A stretch of DNA of 64,000 nt from a virus (taxonomy: Duplodnaviria; Heunggongvirae; Uroviricota; Caudoviricetes): positions 30,052 to 94,051 of IMG/VR virus record IMGVR_UViG_3300017691_000005. One strand, written 5' to 3'. Position 1 is the first letter of the stretch, and every line of letters starts with the position of its first letter. The translations under genes and the position numbers were made by a program. Below, one piece after another: positions 44,533 to 52,657 of this stretch. The notes beneath the pieces are model-generated. The model was not told the DNA's origin, did not search any database, and saw only the letters and a program-made list of their open reading frames with translations.

Positions 44533-44745
44533 CAAAACGAGGAGTAGTGGCAGACGTGGAGCGAAAGCGCGGCGAGCGCGTCGACTACTGGTGGCCCGAC
44601 TACCGCGACCGCACTGAGAGGCGAACGGCCCTGGTCATCGGCGGCGATCGGAGGAAGGCGCGCCTCCGCACGGCAGAGAACGAGGTCATCACGAAGCCCT
44701 GGGGCGAAGTGCTGACGCACGACGAGCCCTGACCCGAGCGACCGG
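44533..44745 (+). other. high-GC mini-cassette 1 (conserved 5' and 3' boundaries, one small ORF)
   Basis: about 68% GC interior vs about 40-45% flanks; 5' boundary ACGAGGAGTAGTGGCAGACGTGGAGCG, 3' boundary CCTGACCCGAGCGACCGG. Confidence 0.5.
44547..44732 (+). CDS. small Arg/Asp-rich protein encoded by high-GC cassette 1
   Basis: GTG start 6 nt after GAGGAG; MADVERKRGERVDYWWPDYRDRTERRTALVIGGDRRKARLRTAENEVITKPWGEVLTHDEP. Confidence 0.35.
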   Translation: MADVERKRGERVDYWWPDYRDRTERRTALVIGGDRRKARLRTAENEVITKPWGEVLTHDEP

Positions 44746-44835
44746 TATAGGTTGACACAGCCCTAAGCATCAACTAAGATATGAAGTACCAGAAACCGCC
44801 GGGTTTGCTCACGAAATCTTACGGCTTCTGGTCTT

Positions 44836-44918
44836 GCTGGTGTGGTGGAATATGGTATACACGTATGATTTAGGCTCATATGCCGCAAGGCTTGCAGGTT
44901 CGATTCCTGTCACCAGTA
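44836..44918 (+). tRNA. tRNA-Leu (TAG), class II
   Basis: acceptor GCTGGTG/CACCAGT, anticodon arm TATGA-TTTAGGC-TCATA, variable stem GCC-GCAA-GGC, T-arm GCAGG-TTCGATT-CCTGT. Confidence 0.55.
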
Positions 44919-44941
44919 CATAATTTAATATGGACCGATAG

Positions 44942-45013
44942 TGAAATGGCTATCACGCTTCCTTGACTCGGAAGTAATTCGGGTTCGAATCCCGGTCGGT
45001 CTACTGCGCGGTA
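44942..45013 (+). tRNA. tRNA-Val (GAC)
   Basis: acceptor GGACCGA/TCGGTCT, D-arm GTGA-AATGGCTA-TCAC, anticodon arm CTTCC-TTGACTC-GGAAG, T-loop TTCGAAT. Confidence 0.55.
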
Positions 45014-45074
45014 GTGTAAGTAGGATAAGCGCTGTAAGTGAAGGATGATGCGGTAACATCTACCGGAGCGAATC

Positions 45075-45160
45075 AGTGAAAAATCCTAGGCGAGTTTACC
45101 GACTCGTTAGCACCCCGGCCTCATAAGCCGGAAGTGAGGTGTCAAATCCTCCCAAGCAAC
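45075..45160 (+). other. tRNA-like element with CTCATAA (CAT) anticodon-arm hairpin and terminal ACCA; no pairable acceptor
   Basis: CGAGT-TTACCG-ACTCG hairpin, CCGGC-CTCATAA-GCCGG hairpin, GAGG-TGTCAAAT-CCTC T-arm-like hairpin, 3' CAAGCAACCA; resembles element 35043-35112. Confidence 0.25.
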
Positions 45161-45163
45161 CAT

Positions 45164-45246
45164 GCCCTTATGGTGAAATTAGGCAGACACGATTGATTCA
45201 AAATCAATTGCCGCAAGGCGTACCGGTTCGAGTCCGGTTAGGGGTA
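45164..45246 (+). tRNA. tRNA-Leu (CAA), class II
   Basis: acceptor GCCCTTA/TAGGGGT, anticodon arm ATTGA-TTCAAAA-TCAAT, variable stem GCC-GCAA-GGC, T-arm ACCGG-TTCGAGT-CCGGT. Confidence 0.55.
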
Positions 45247-45250
45247 CTCT

Positions 45251-45329
45251 GGGGTAGACGGGTTATTCGACGTTGGTAAAGCCGTATACGGAACCACGAC
45301 GGACTAGGGTTCGACTCCCTACTACTCCA
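45251..45329 (+). other. tRNA-like gene (acceptor plus canonical T-arm) with non-canonical core containing the palindrome CCGTATACGG
   Basis: acceptor GGGGTAG/CTACTCC, T-arm TAGGG-TTCGACT-CCCTA; internal region forms a long hairpin instead of D/anticodon arms. Confidence 0.3.
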
Positions 45330-45348
45330 CTTTATAATTAAATACTAA

Positions 45349-45429
45349 GCCTTAGTGGTGGAACGGCATACACGGCGCACTTAAAATGCGCTGCCGAAAG
45401 GATTGCGGGTTCGAATCCCGCCTAAGGTA
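45349..45429 (+). tRNA. tRNA-Leu (TAA), class II
   Basis: acceptor GCCTTAG/CTAAGGT, anticodon arm GCGCA-CTTAAAA-TGCGC, T-arm GCGGG-TTCGAAT-CCCGC. Confidence 0.6.
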
Positions 45430-45432
45430 CAT

Positions 45433-45613
45433 GGCTAGATACGGTCCTGTGACAACACAGGAAGAGTTAGATATTGCTCTTGAAGAATGGGATGAGTTGT
45501 ATCCTGATCCTGATGAGGAGCCAACTATAGATATATTTGATTATCTAGGTTGGTCATCTTCTGATTTTTATGAGTGGCAACGAACTGGTGTCATTCCAAA
45601 GGAGGAATTGTGA
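45433..45613 (+). CDS. hypothetical acidic protein (start after tRNA-Leu)
   Basis: MARYGPVTTQEELD... ; ORF 45386..45613 trimmed at its tRNA-overlapping 5' end. Confidence 0.35.
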
Positions 45614-45789
45614 AAATAGGAAGCGCAGCATTATTGAGAGATAAGCATGGCAATGAGTATTCCGAGGAAGCAATGTTGCTTGCTTTGCTTTTAAAGGCAA
45701 AAGGTAATGAAAGAGGATCAGAAGAAGAAGACGGTATTCGTAGGCTTCTTGATGATCCAAATATTAAAGGTGAACGCCCCCGTCGATGA
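45610..45789 (+). CDS. hypothetical small protein
   Basis: GTG start after AAGGAGGAATT RBS. Confidence 0.3.
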   Translation: MKIGSAALLRDKHGNEYSEEAMLLALLLKAKGNERGSEEEDGIRRLLDDPNIKGERPRR

Positions 45790-45802
45790 TGGGGGCGTTT
45801 TT
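45768..45802 (+). terminator. rho-independent terminator
   Basis: AACGCCCCCGTCGATGATGGGGGCGTTTTTC. Confidence 0.6.
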
Positions 45803-45833
45803 CTATTTACTGTAACTAAAGTACAATCTAATT

Positions 45834-46253
45834 ATGGCTACCTATGATTTTTCTGCTAAGTCTAAAGCAAACGTGTCTCTACCAGTCGGTATGAATATTA
45901 CTAATCACCGCGTTTTCTTTAAGTACAGTGATTCAACAACAATGAGAAACGCTGTTGAGTTTGAAATTATACCTGTTGTCATGGATGGCAAAAACATAAA
46001 GTTTCAGTTGCCCCTTTTTAATTCAACTATATATTATGAGTTGTACAGCAATCGCTTAGGCAGAATATATCAGCAGCAGCAAGGACAAATAATTAATGTA
46101 CCAGGCGGTCCGTCTCAAGAGTATGTTAGAACTGTAAACTTTAATGAGCCTGATAGAAATGGTAATGTTAATGTTGCTGGTGGAGGATCAGGTAGCGGTC
46201 CTATAGTTTATGTTGATCCAGATAATGAAGGCGTTCTTATTTTAGAATATTAA
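45834..46253 (+). CDS. hypothetical (virion-associated?) protein
   Basis: 139 aa ORF preceding the fiber genes. Confidence 0.4.
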   Translation: MATYDFSAKSKANVSLPVGMNITNHRVFFKYSDSTTMRNAVEFEIIPVVMDGKNIKFQLPLFNSTIYYELYSNRLGRIYQQQQGQIINVPGGPSQEYVRTVNFNEPDRNGNVNVAGGGSGSGPIVYVDPDNEGVLILEY

Positions 46254-46311
46254 GTATCTCCATTTGTATATTTTGATGTTAGAATGACATCAAACAATTG
46301 GAGGGCGATTA

Positions 46312-47520
46312 ATGACTGTAACTGTAGTAAACGGTAATCCCATACAACCTGCCGTTATCAAGGTCAATGTTCCGGGAATTCCTGGGGCTCCTGGTAAAAA
46401 TGTAGAACTAACTAAAAGTGCCACACATATTCAATGGCGAGTAGTAGGCGATACTAACTGGATTAATTTAGTTGCTTTAAGTGAGATTACAGGTTCAGGC
46501 GGTGGAGGCGCACAAGACTTATCTGCCTATGCTAAAACAGCAGATGTTCAAACTGCTCTAAATGCAAAGGTAAATACGACAACAACAATTTCCGCTGGAA
46601 CTGGATTAACAGGTGGTGGTGATTTAAGCGCTAACAGAACATTAGCGGTTACTTATGGAACTGCTGCTGGCACCGCTGCTCAAGGAAATGATTCTAGATT
46701 AACAAACACTAGAACTCCTACTGATAACACTGTATCAACAGCAAAAATAGTTGATGGTGCTGTTACTTCTGCAAAAATAGCAGACGGCACAATCATGAAT
46801 TCTGATGTTTCAGCAACCGCAGCAATTGCTGTATCTAAAATATCTGGTCTTTCCGCTGTAGCAACTACTGGATCTTATAATGATTTAGTAGACAAGCCCG
46901 CCGGAGGCTCTGGCGGAACTGTTTCTGATGCGACAACAACTTCAAAGGGTGTCGTGCAATTGGCGGGTGATTTGGCTGGCACTGCCACTGCTCCCACCGT
47001 TCCGGCGCTGGCTAATAAGGTGAACAGTAACGACTCAAGATTGACAGATGCTCGTACTCCTACCGATGGTTCTGTAACTACTGCCAAATTGGCTGATAAC
47101 TCGGTAACATCTAGTAAGATAGTAGACGGAACAATAGTCAATGCTGATATCTCGACTTCCGCCGCTATTGCTGCTTCTAAAGTAGCAGGGCTTTCTACTG
47201 TTGCTACCACTGGCTCTTATAATGACCTATTAAATAAACCGGCTTCTGGCTCGGGTGGAGTCTCAGTATCTGATGATCCAGATAACTCAGACGCTGTAAT
47301 ACTTGAAACTGGTGTTACAGCCACAGATAGTATTGTTAGTGGTTTTGTTTCTTCTAATGGAAGTCAAACTAACAATGCTGTGAAAACAGTCGCCGCTTCA
47401 CAAATTCCTAGTAATATTGTTCTAGGTGATGGTATAAATAGGATTGTAAAAATGACACAATCTGCATATGACGCATTGGCGACAAAAGATCCAAATACTT
47501 TGTATGTGGTTTCTGAATGA
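46312..47520 (+). CDS. tail fiber protein with duplicated about 75-aa repeat module
   Basis: two copies of ...SRLT(N/D)(T/A)RTPTD..V(S/T)TAK(I/L)(V/A)D..VTS.KI.DGTI.N.D.S..AAIA.SK..GLS.VATTGSYNDL..KP..GSGG. Confidence 0.55.
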   Translation: MTVTVVNGNPIQPAVIKVNVPGIPGAPGKNVELTKSATHIQWRVVGDTNWINLVALSEITGSGGGGAQDLSAYAKTADVQTALNAKVNTTTTISAGTGLTGGGDLSANRTLAVTYGTAAGTAAQGNDSRLTNTRTPTDNTVSTAKIVDGAVTSAKIADGTIMNSDVSATAAIAVSKISGLSAVATTGSYNDLVDKPAGGSGGTVSDATTTSKGVVQLAGDLAGTATAPTVPALANKVNSNDSRLTDARTPTDGSVTTAKLADNSVTSSKIVDGTIVNADISTSAAIAASKVAGLSTVATTGSYNDLLNKPASGSGGVSVSDDPDNSDAVILETGVTATDSIVSGFVSSNGSQTNNAVKTVAASQIPSNIVLGDGINRIVKMTQSAYDALATKDPNTLYVVSE

Positions 47521-49088
47521 CACCTTTATATATAGGATCAAAATCCGTAAAACTTGGTAATTCTAAATTATTTTTGGGAACAAAGTTATTAAACGCTGTT
47601 TCAAGCCAAGTTAACCCAAATAATCTTTGGAAGCCTATACAGCAAGTAGATTACCAACTATCCACTCATCCTGAACTAAAGCCTATTGCTGATCAGCCAC
47701 AGGCAAAATGGATTAATGGTGATACCCCTCAATCAACTATTTCTAGTTGGGCAGCAGAAGCCAACGGTAAAACTATGCTTCTTGTTGTTTACGCTATTCC
47801 CGGTAGAGATAACGGTCAGTATTCAGCCGGTGGGTTCGCTAATCAAACTCAGTATCTAAACTTTTGTAATCTTGTAAAGAATGGTATTGGTTCTGCTCCA
47901 TCTATTATTGTTCTTGAACCAGATGCTTTAGGTTTGTCAGAAGGAATCAGCGATAGCACTCTAAGGGCTGAAAGAATAGATACTCTAAAAAAGGCCGCTG
48001 CTATTTTTGGAAGTATTCCAACTTCAGAAACTTATATTGAAACATCCAAATGGTTGACTCCGGCGAGGAATGCTGAATTACTCCAATCTGTCAATGTTCA
48101 AAATATCTCTGGTATTTGCTTGAATGTTTCCGGATACGAATCTCAGAGTTATTGTTACACTTATGGTAATAATGTTATTTCTATTTTGAACTCAAACGGC
48201 TTAACTGGTAAGAAATTCATTGTTGATTCAAGTAGAAATGGTAATGGAGATCTAACTAGTGACTACGGCGCAGTAGGTCAGCCTTGGATTAATGCTGGTT
48301 TGACATGGTGTAATCCTCCGGGTAGGGCTCTTGGTCCTTTGCCCGGTACAGTTTCAGGTCAGCCGAATTGTAGAGGAACTTTTTGGATTAAAAATCCTGG
48401 TGAGTCTGATGGAACCTTCCCTACAGTTGCTCAGTCTAATTATTTTGGTGAAAATGCTCCCTCTGCTGGTCTTTTCTGGGTACCGGCTGCTAGGTCGTTA
48501 CTTGGCTTAAATCCTCAGTCAACTGCAACCGCTAGAAAACTTTCCAGCCTAAAGGAAAACTTTTCGTCTGGCTTGGGAGAGTTTGCTACGGCATCCAGCG
48601 GAGGTGTTTCTGTAGTTAGTGGCCGCGCCAGAATTGTTGCTGATTCTACTTATGCAACTTTGGGCACAACTAACATATTCTCGTTGAAAGACTCTGAAGT
48701 TTACGCGGCTGTCTATCCGCCATCATCTTTTGATGCCACAGAAACTTGGGCTCAATTCGTTGTTGAATCAAACACCGCCCCAGCGGGAACTAGACTTAGA
48801 ATTCAAGTAGACAATTCTAAAATTGTACTATCAAATGACGCAGGATATTACGACTCGGCGGCGGTAGTGTTGGATTACAGTTTGAACTATCGCTACTTAA
48901 GAATAAGAGAGTCTTCTGGTACTGTTTATTTTGAGACATCAGCGGTTGGAACAGACTGGACGGTACTCAAACAAGTGCCGACCCCTAGTTACATAACAAA
49001 TGCCGCTGATTGTAGATTTGCAGTAATTGCTTATAAAAATACATCAACTGGCTATGTTGAGGTTGATAATGTTAATGTCACCAGTTGA
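47517..49088 (+). CDS. glycoside hydrolase family 6-like (cellulase-type) domain protein, probably tail-associated depolymerase
   Basis: VVYAIPGRDNGQYSAGG and IIVLEPDALG match the two GH6 signature patterns (Cys replaced by Asn in the first). Confidence 0.5.
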   Translation: MTPLYIGSKSVKLGNSKLFLGTKLLNAVSSQVNPNNLWKPIQQVDYQLSTHPELKPIADQPQAKWINGDTPQSTISSWAAEANGKTMLLVVYAIPGRDNGQYSAGGFANQTQYLNFCNLVKNGIGSAPSIIVLEPDALGLSEGISDSTLRAERIDTLKKAAAIFGSIPTSETYIETSKWLTPARNAELLQSVNVQNISGICLNVSGYESQSYCYTYGNNVISILNSNGLTGKKFIVDSSRNGNGDLTSDYGAVGQPWINAGLTWCNPPGRALGPLPGTVSGQPNCRGTFWIKNPGESDGTFPTVAQSNYFGENAPSAGLFWVPAARSLLGLNPQSTATARKLSSLKENFSSGLGEFATASSGGVSVVSGRARIVADSTYATLGTTNIFSLKDSEVYAAVYPPSSFDATETWAQFVVESNTAPAGTRLRIQVDNSKIVLSNDAGYYDSAAVVLDYSLNYRYLRIRESSGTVYFETSAVGTDWTVLKQVPTPSYITNAADCRFAVIAYKNTSTGYVEVDNVNVTS

Positions 49089-49124
49089 TAAAATATATTA
49101 CTTAGATAAAACAAGGAGGACTCA

Positions 49125-50681
49125 TTGTCAATAAGAACACCAAAATTAGTAAACGGTAAGATAGGTTTGTCAACAATTCCCGATGGGATCTCTGCGGACA
49201 AAACCGTAGATGGAAGCAATAATAAAGTATTTACTTCAGCAGAAAAGACAAAACTAGCAGGATTATCAAGTGGTTCAGGTTCTGGCGGAGGGGCTAGTCA
49301 GACAGATATTGCTAATGCTATAGCCACTGAGGGAACTCAAGTTCGTAATACTCTTTTGACATTATTTGGTAACGTCAACTGGAAGATGGATACGGATAAT
49401 GTTCCATACTTTACGGCTATAACCGCAGGAACAAATGCAGGTTCTTCAGGCTCTACAGGTGGAGGTTCTGCTCCCGGCATTGTTTACGCTATTGCCCCTC
49501 CATCGGGGTTGACTGCAATTGCAGCAGACGGTACAACCGATGACCGCGCTAACCTACAGGCGGCCTTAGATTACGTTAAGACAACTTTTGGTGGGGGGAC
49601 AGTCATGTTGCCTGCTAAGACCATTAAGTGTAATACCGGACTATCCATTCCTTCCGGAGTGACCTTGAGGGGCGTATCTGGTAAATCAACACTAGATTTC
49701 TCTAGTATTAGTACTAGTGGAGGTGTGGCAATTAGCAGTAGTGGATCTGGTACATATCCACTGTTAGGTGTTAACGTAAAGGGGCCAAATGGCGGTGACA
49801 AAAATACTTATCCAAGCAACAACTGCACTGGCGTTCAAACTTCTGGTATTGGTGTGACAGTGAGGGATGTAAGTATTACAGGATTCTCTGTTGGCTTAGA
49901 CCTTACTCTTTCTGATTCCTTTTTCTTCTTAGGGGATAATCTATCAATCGGTAATTGTGGAGTTTGTGTTGATATGAATCAGAGGGCTGAACACAATGGA
50001 GGGTCTGTACCATCTGAAAATGGCGAAAGAATGGTATTCCAAAACTGCGCTTTTTATAATTCTCAAGTTGGCTTTGATGTTGCCGGTTCCGGTATAGACG
50101 CATTTTTCTTTGGCACCTCTTTTGACTACTTGGGCTTGCATGGAAAAATTGATGACGGCTTTGTTCACATTGTTGGTTGTCACGTAGAAACAGGTTACGC
50201 GGCCAATAATAACAATTGGGGCTCTATGAACAGGTATATGTTCGACATGGTAAATGAAGGTCGTTTCGAAATATCTAATACAAGATTTGAAGTAAGAGAT
50301 TCTGGGGTTTATGCACTGATTACTCCGGACAGAGGCCCAAATAATTACAATTCAGGTTTTGTAAGACTTGACGGTACAAATACTTGGTATGGTCAACTTC
50401 CTGCTGAGACTCGTCAATTCAATGACAGAGATATGCTTTACTTCCCTGGTAATTCTGCCACTAGAATTGCTTACAGCCCTTTTGCAAGTAAATGGTCTCC
50501 GGTAAGAGCGAGTTACGTTGCTAACGATGGCACTCCTGAGCCAGTGGGACATAGAGCAAGGATTTCTGCTATGAGCGTTTCAACTAACGCAGGTAATCCC
50601 CCTAATTATTCTGTTACAATATCTAGAGATTTAAATTCAGGCGCTACAGCCGCCGACGGATGGGTGGAGGTTTGCTACTAA
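49125..50681 (+). CDS. tailspike/depolymerase with pectate-lyase-like right-handed beta-helix
   Basis: DGTTDDRANLQAALDYV...GGTVMLPAKTIKCNTGLSIPSGVTLRG pectate_lyase_3-type N-terminus; Gly/Ser-rich linker. Confidence 0.55.
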   Translation: MSIRTPKLVNGKIGLSTIPDGISADKTVDGSNNKVFTSAEKTKLAGLSSGSGSGGGASQTDIANAIATEGTQVRNTLLTLFGNVNWKMDTDNVPYFTAITAGTNAGSSGSTGGGSAPGIVYAIAPPSGLTAIAADGTTDDRANLQAALDYVKTTFGGGTVMLPAKTIKCNTGLSIPSGVTLRGVSGKSTLDFSSISTSGGVAISSSGSGTYPLLGVNVKGPNGGDKNTYPSNNCTGVQTSGIGVTVRDVSITGFSVGLDLTLSDSFFFLGDNLSIGNCGVCVDMNQRAEHNGGSVPSENGERMVFQNCAFYNSQVGFDVAGSGIDAFFFGTSFDYLGLHGKIDDGFVHIVGCHVETGYAANNNNWGSMNRYMFDMVNEGRFEISNTRFEVRDSGVYALITPDRGPNNYNSGFVRLDGTNTWYGQLPAETRQFNDRDMLYFPGNSATRIAYSPFASKWSPVRASYVANDGTPEPVGHRARISAMSVSTNAGNPPNYSVTISRDLNSGATAADGWVEVCY

Positions 50682-51190
50682 TGGTTCAAAATAAAAATGT
50701 TCGCACCGCGACAGAAAGTTATGTTGATAGTAAGACTGGCGCAGCAGGCGGTTTTCCAAATTCTTTTGCTGATGTTTATTTAGGAAGTGGAGATGGATCA
50801 ACGGGGAGACAAACCATAGGAGCGTCTTTCACCACTGTGAACTTAGATCAAAAAAATTTTGATCCGAGTAACTTATTTGATGTTTCTAGCCATGAATATA
50901 ATGTGCCCGCTGATGGTGTATATATGATTTCTGCTAGGATACGTATAGTAGATGGACAAAATACAGGTCAAAAAAACTTGGGTATAGGAGTACACACTTC
51001 TAATACAGATCACGTTTCATTTACTTGGATTATTCAGACAGTGACTGGAAGTGAATCTAACCGTAAGACTTACAGTTATCAGAGAATGGGTAAGTTCAAT
51101 GCTAATGAAAAGTTAAGACTCTATACATATTGTGAAGGTGGAGATCAAAGTATTAATAACGCATCTCTATCGATTGTGAGGGTTGCATAA
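50660..51190 (+). CDS. hypothetical tail-associated protein
   Basis: 176 aa ORF. Confidence 0.4.
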   Translation: MGGGLLLMVQNKNVRTATESYVDSKTGAAGGFPNSFADVYLGSGDGSTGRQTIGASFTTVNLDQKNFDPSNLFDVSSHEYNVPADGVYMISARIRIVDGQNTGQKNLGIGVHTSNTDHVSFTWIIQTVTGSESNRKTYSYQRMGKFNANEKLRLYTYCEGGDQSINNASLSIVRVA

Positions 51191-51570
51191 TGCCAGATGT
51201 TGTTCTTCCCGGTGCTCCACCGGCCGCCACTATTGGCAATGAAGATATGCCAGCAAATGTAGATTTAAAGATCTATCAAGGAGATTATAAAGTTTGGTTG
51301 TTTCAAATAGCGGATTCAAATAATACGCCTATTGATGTTTCCAATTTGACTCCAAAGGCTCAATTTAAACTAAATTATATGGATTCGAATCCAATTACTT
51401 TAAATACAACAATTGAAAGCAATCAGGTTAAGATGGAACTTACGTCTTCTCAATCAAATAGTTTAGTTTCTGATGCATATATTTATGATGTTCAATTGAC
51501 TGATTCTTTGGGTAGAGTGAAAACTTATATTACTGGTGATGTCACAGTAGTCCCACAAGTCACTACTTGA
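51190..51570 (+). CDS. hypothetical protein
   Basis: 126 aa ORF. Confidence 0.4.
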   Translation: MPDVVLPGAPPAATIGNEDMPANVDLKIYQGDYKVWLFQIADSNNTPIDVSNLTPKAQFKLNYMDSNPITLNTTIESNQVKMELTSSQSNSLVSDAYIYDVQLTDSLGRVKTYITGDVTVVPQVTT

Positions 51571-51691
51571 ACATTCTAAACTAATTAATTTACTATTGTT
51601 ATTGTTTTGTTATAGGGTCGGTTAGCCTGGTCCGTTTTGCCATGATAATATCTTCTTAGGAAGACCAAACTACGACAAGGATGAGATTAAA

Positions 51692-52633
51692 TTGGCAAAG
51701 CATAGGGCTCAACGACCGTATGAAAGAAAAATTGAACAGTTATCTAAAGTAAATAAACCTAAGATGGCGGCACTGATACTAGTGCCGCCACTTCTTTTGG
51801 GTACAACTCCTGCTTCTTCGATTGAACAAACATCAGAAGCAACTCCAATAGTTCAAGAAGTTGATTCAACTGAAGAGTCTAAAGACTTAAATACTCAGTT
51901 AGTTGCTCTAGACACAAGTACTCCTGACATGTACTATAAGAGCGAGCGCCGCCGCGCTATGGCTTTAGAGCAGATGAATGCTGCTGATGCCGGTTTGAGA
52001 ATACAAGCCCAAGAAGCACAAGCGGCCCAAGAGCGTATTGATGCTGAAAAAGCCGAGCAAGAAAGAATAATTGCAGAGCAAAAGGCAAAAGAGGATGCTG
52101 AACAACAGCGTTTAGCAGAAGAAAAGCGCAAGGCTGAACAAAAGGTTGTAGCCGTAAAGAAGGCTGAACCTAAGAAAGAAAAAATAGAACTTACTGAGGC
52201 TGAACAAGCACAAGCCAGTAAAGTTCCCGATCAAGAACTTTCAGCCACAGAATCATTTAAGATATCTGAAACAGTCAAAGAAACAAATAACTCAGATGTT
52301 TTTAGTATTGCTGAAAGGTACATCGGAGTTCCATACAAGTATGGTGGTACTGATCCAGACACAGGTATTGACTGTTCGGCTTACGTTAGACTAGTCTATA
52401 GTCAACTTGGTGTGGATCTACCCCGAACCTCTGGTGAGCAAGCAAAAAGAGGCGTGGCGGTTTCTGCTGATGAGGCGCGCCCGGGGGATTTAGTGTTTTT
52501 CGGTAGCACTGTTCACCACGTAGGTATTTATGCTGGCAACGGGAAGATGATAGATTCCCGTAAGACTGGCACCACAATAGATTATAGAGATATGTGGTAT
52601 ACCGAAAGAATCCAATACAGAAGAGTCCTTTAA
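51692..52633 (+). CDS. NlpC/P60 family peptidoglycan endopeptidase with N-terminal signal/TM segment and Ala/Glu/Lys-rich coiled coil (lysin candidate)
   Basis: C-terminal DCSAYVRLVYSQLGVDLPRTSGEQ...GDLVFFGS...HHVGIYAGNGKMIDS (Cys-His catalytic pair); hydrophobic MAALILVPPLLLGTTPASS. Confidence 0.6.
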   Translation: MAKHRAQRPYERKIEQLSKVNKPKMAALILVPPLLLGTTPASSIEQTSEATPIVQEVDSTEESKDLNTQLVALDTSTPDMYYKSERRRAMALEQMNAADAGLRIQAQEAQAAQERIDAEKAEQERIIAEQKAKEDAEQQRLAEEKRKAEQKVVAVKKAEPKKEKIELTEAEQAQASKVPDQELSATESFKISETVKETNNSDVFSIAERYIGVPYKYGGTDPDTGIDCSAYVRLVYSQLGVDLPRTSGEQAKRGVAVSADEARPGDLVFFGSTVHHVGIYAGNGKMIDSRKTGTTIDYRDMWYTERIQYRRVL

Positions 52634-52657
52634 TGGTTTAACATTTGGAGAGAAAGT

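Noticed and set aside
24540-45430. CRISPR array or other direct-repeat arrays in the tRNA regions
   Set aside because: The repeats present are tRNA T-arms and the structured-element motifs, irregularly spaced and not a repeat-spacer architecture.
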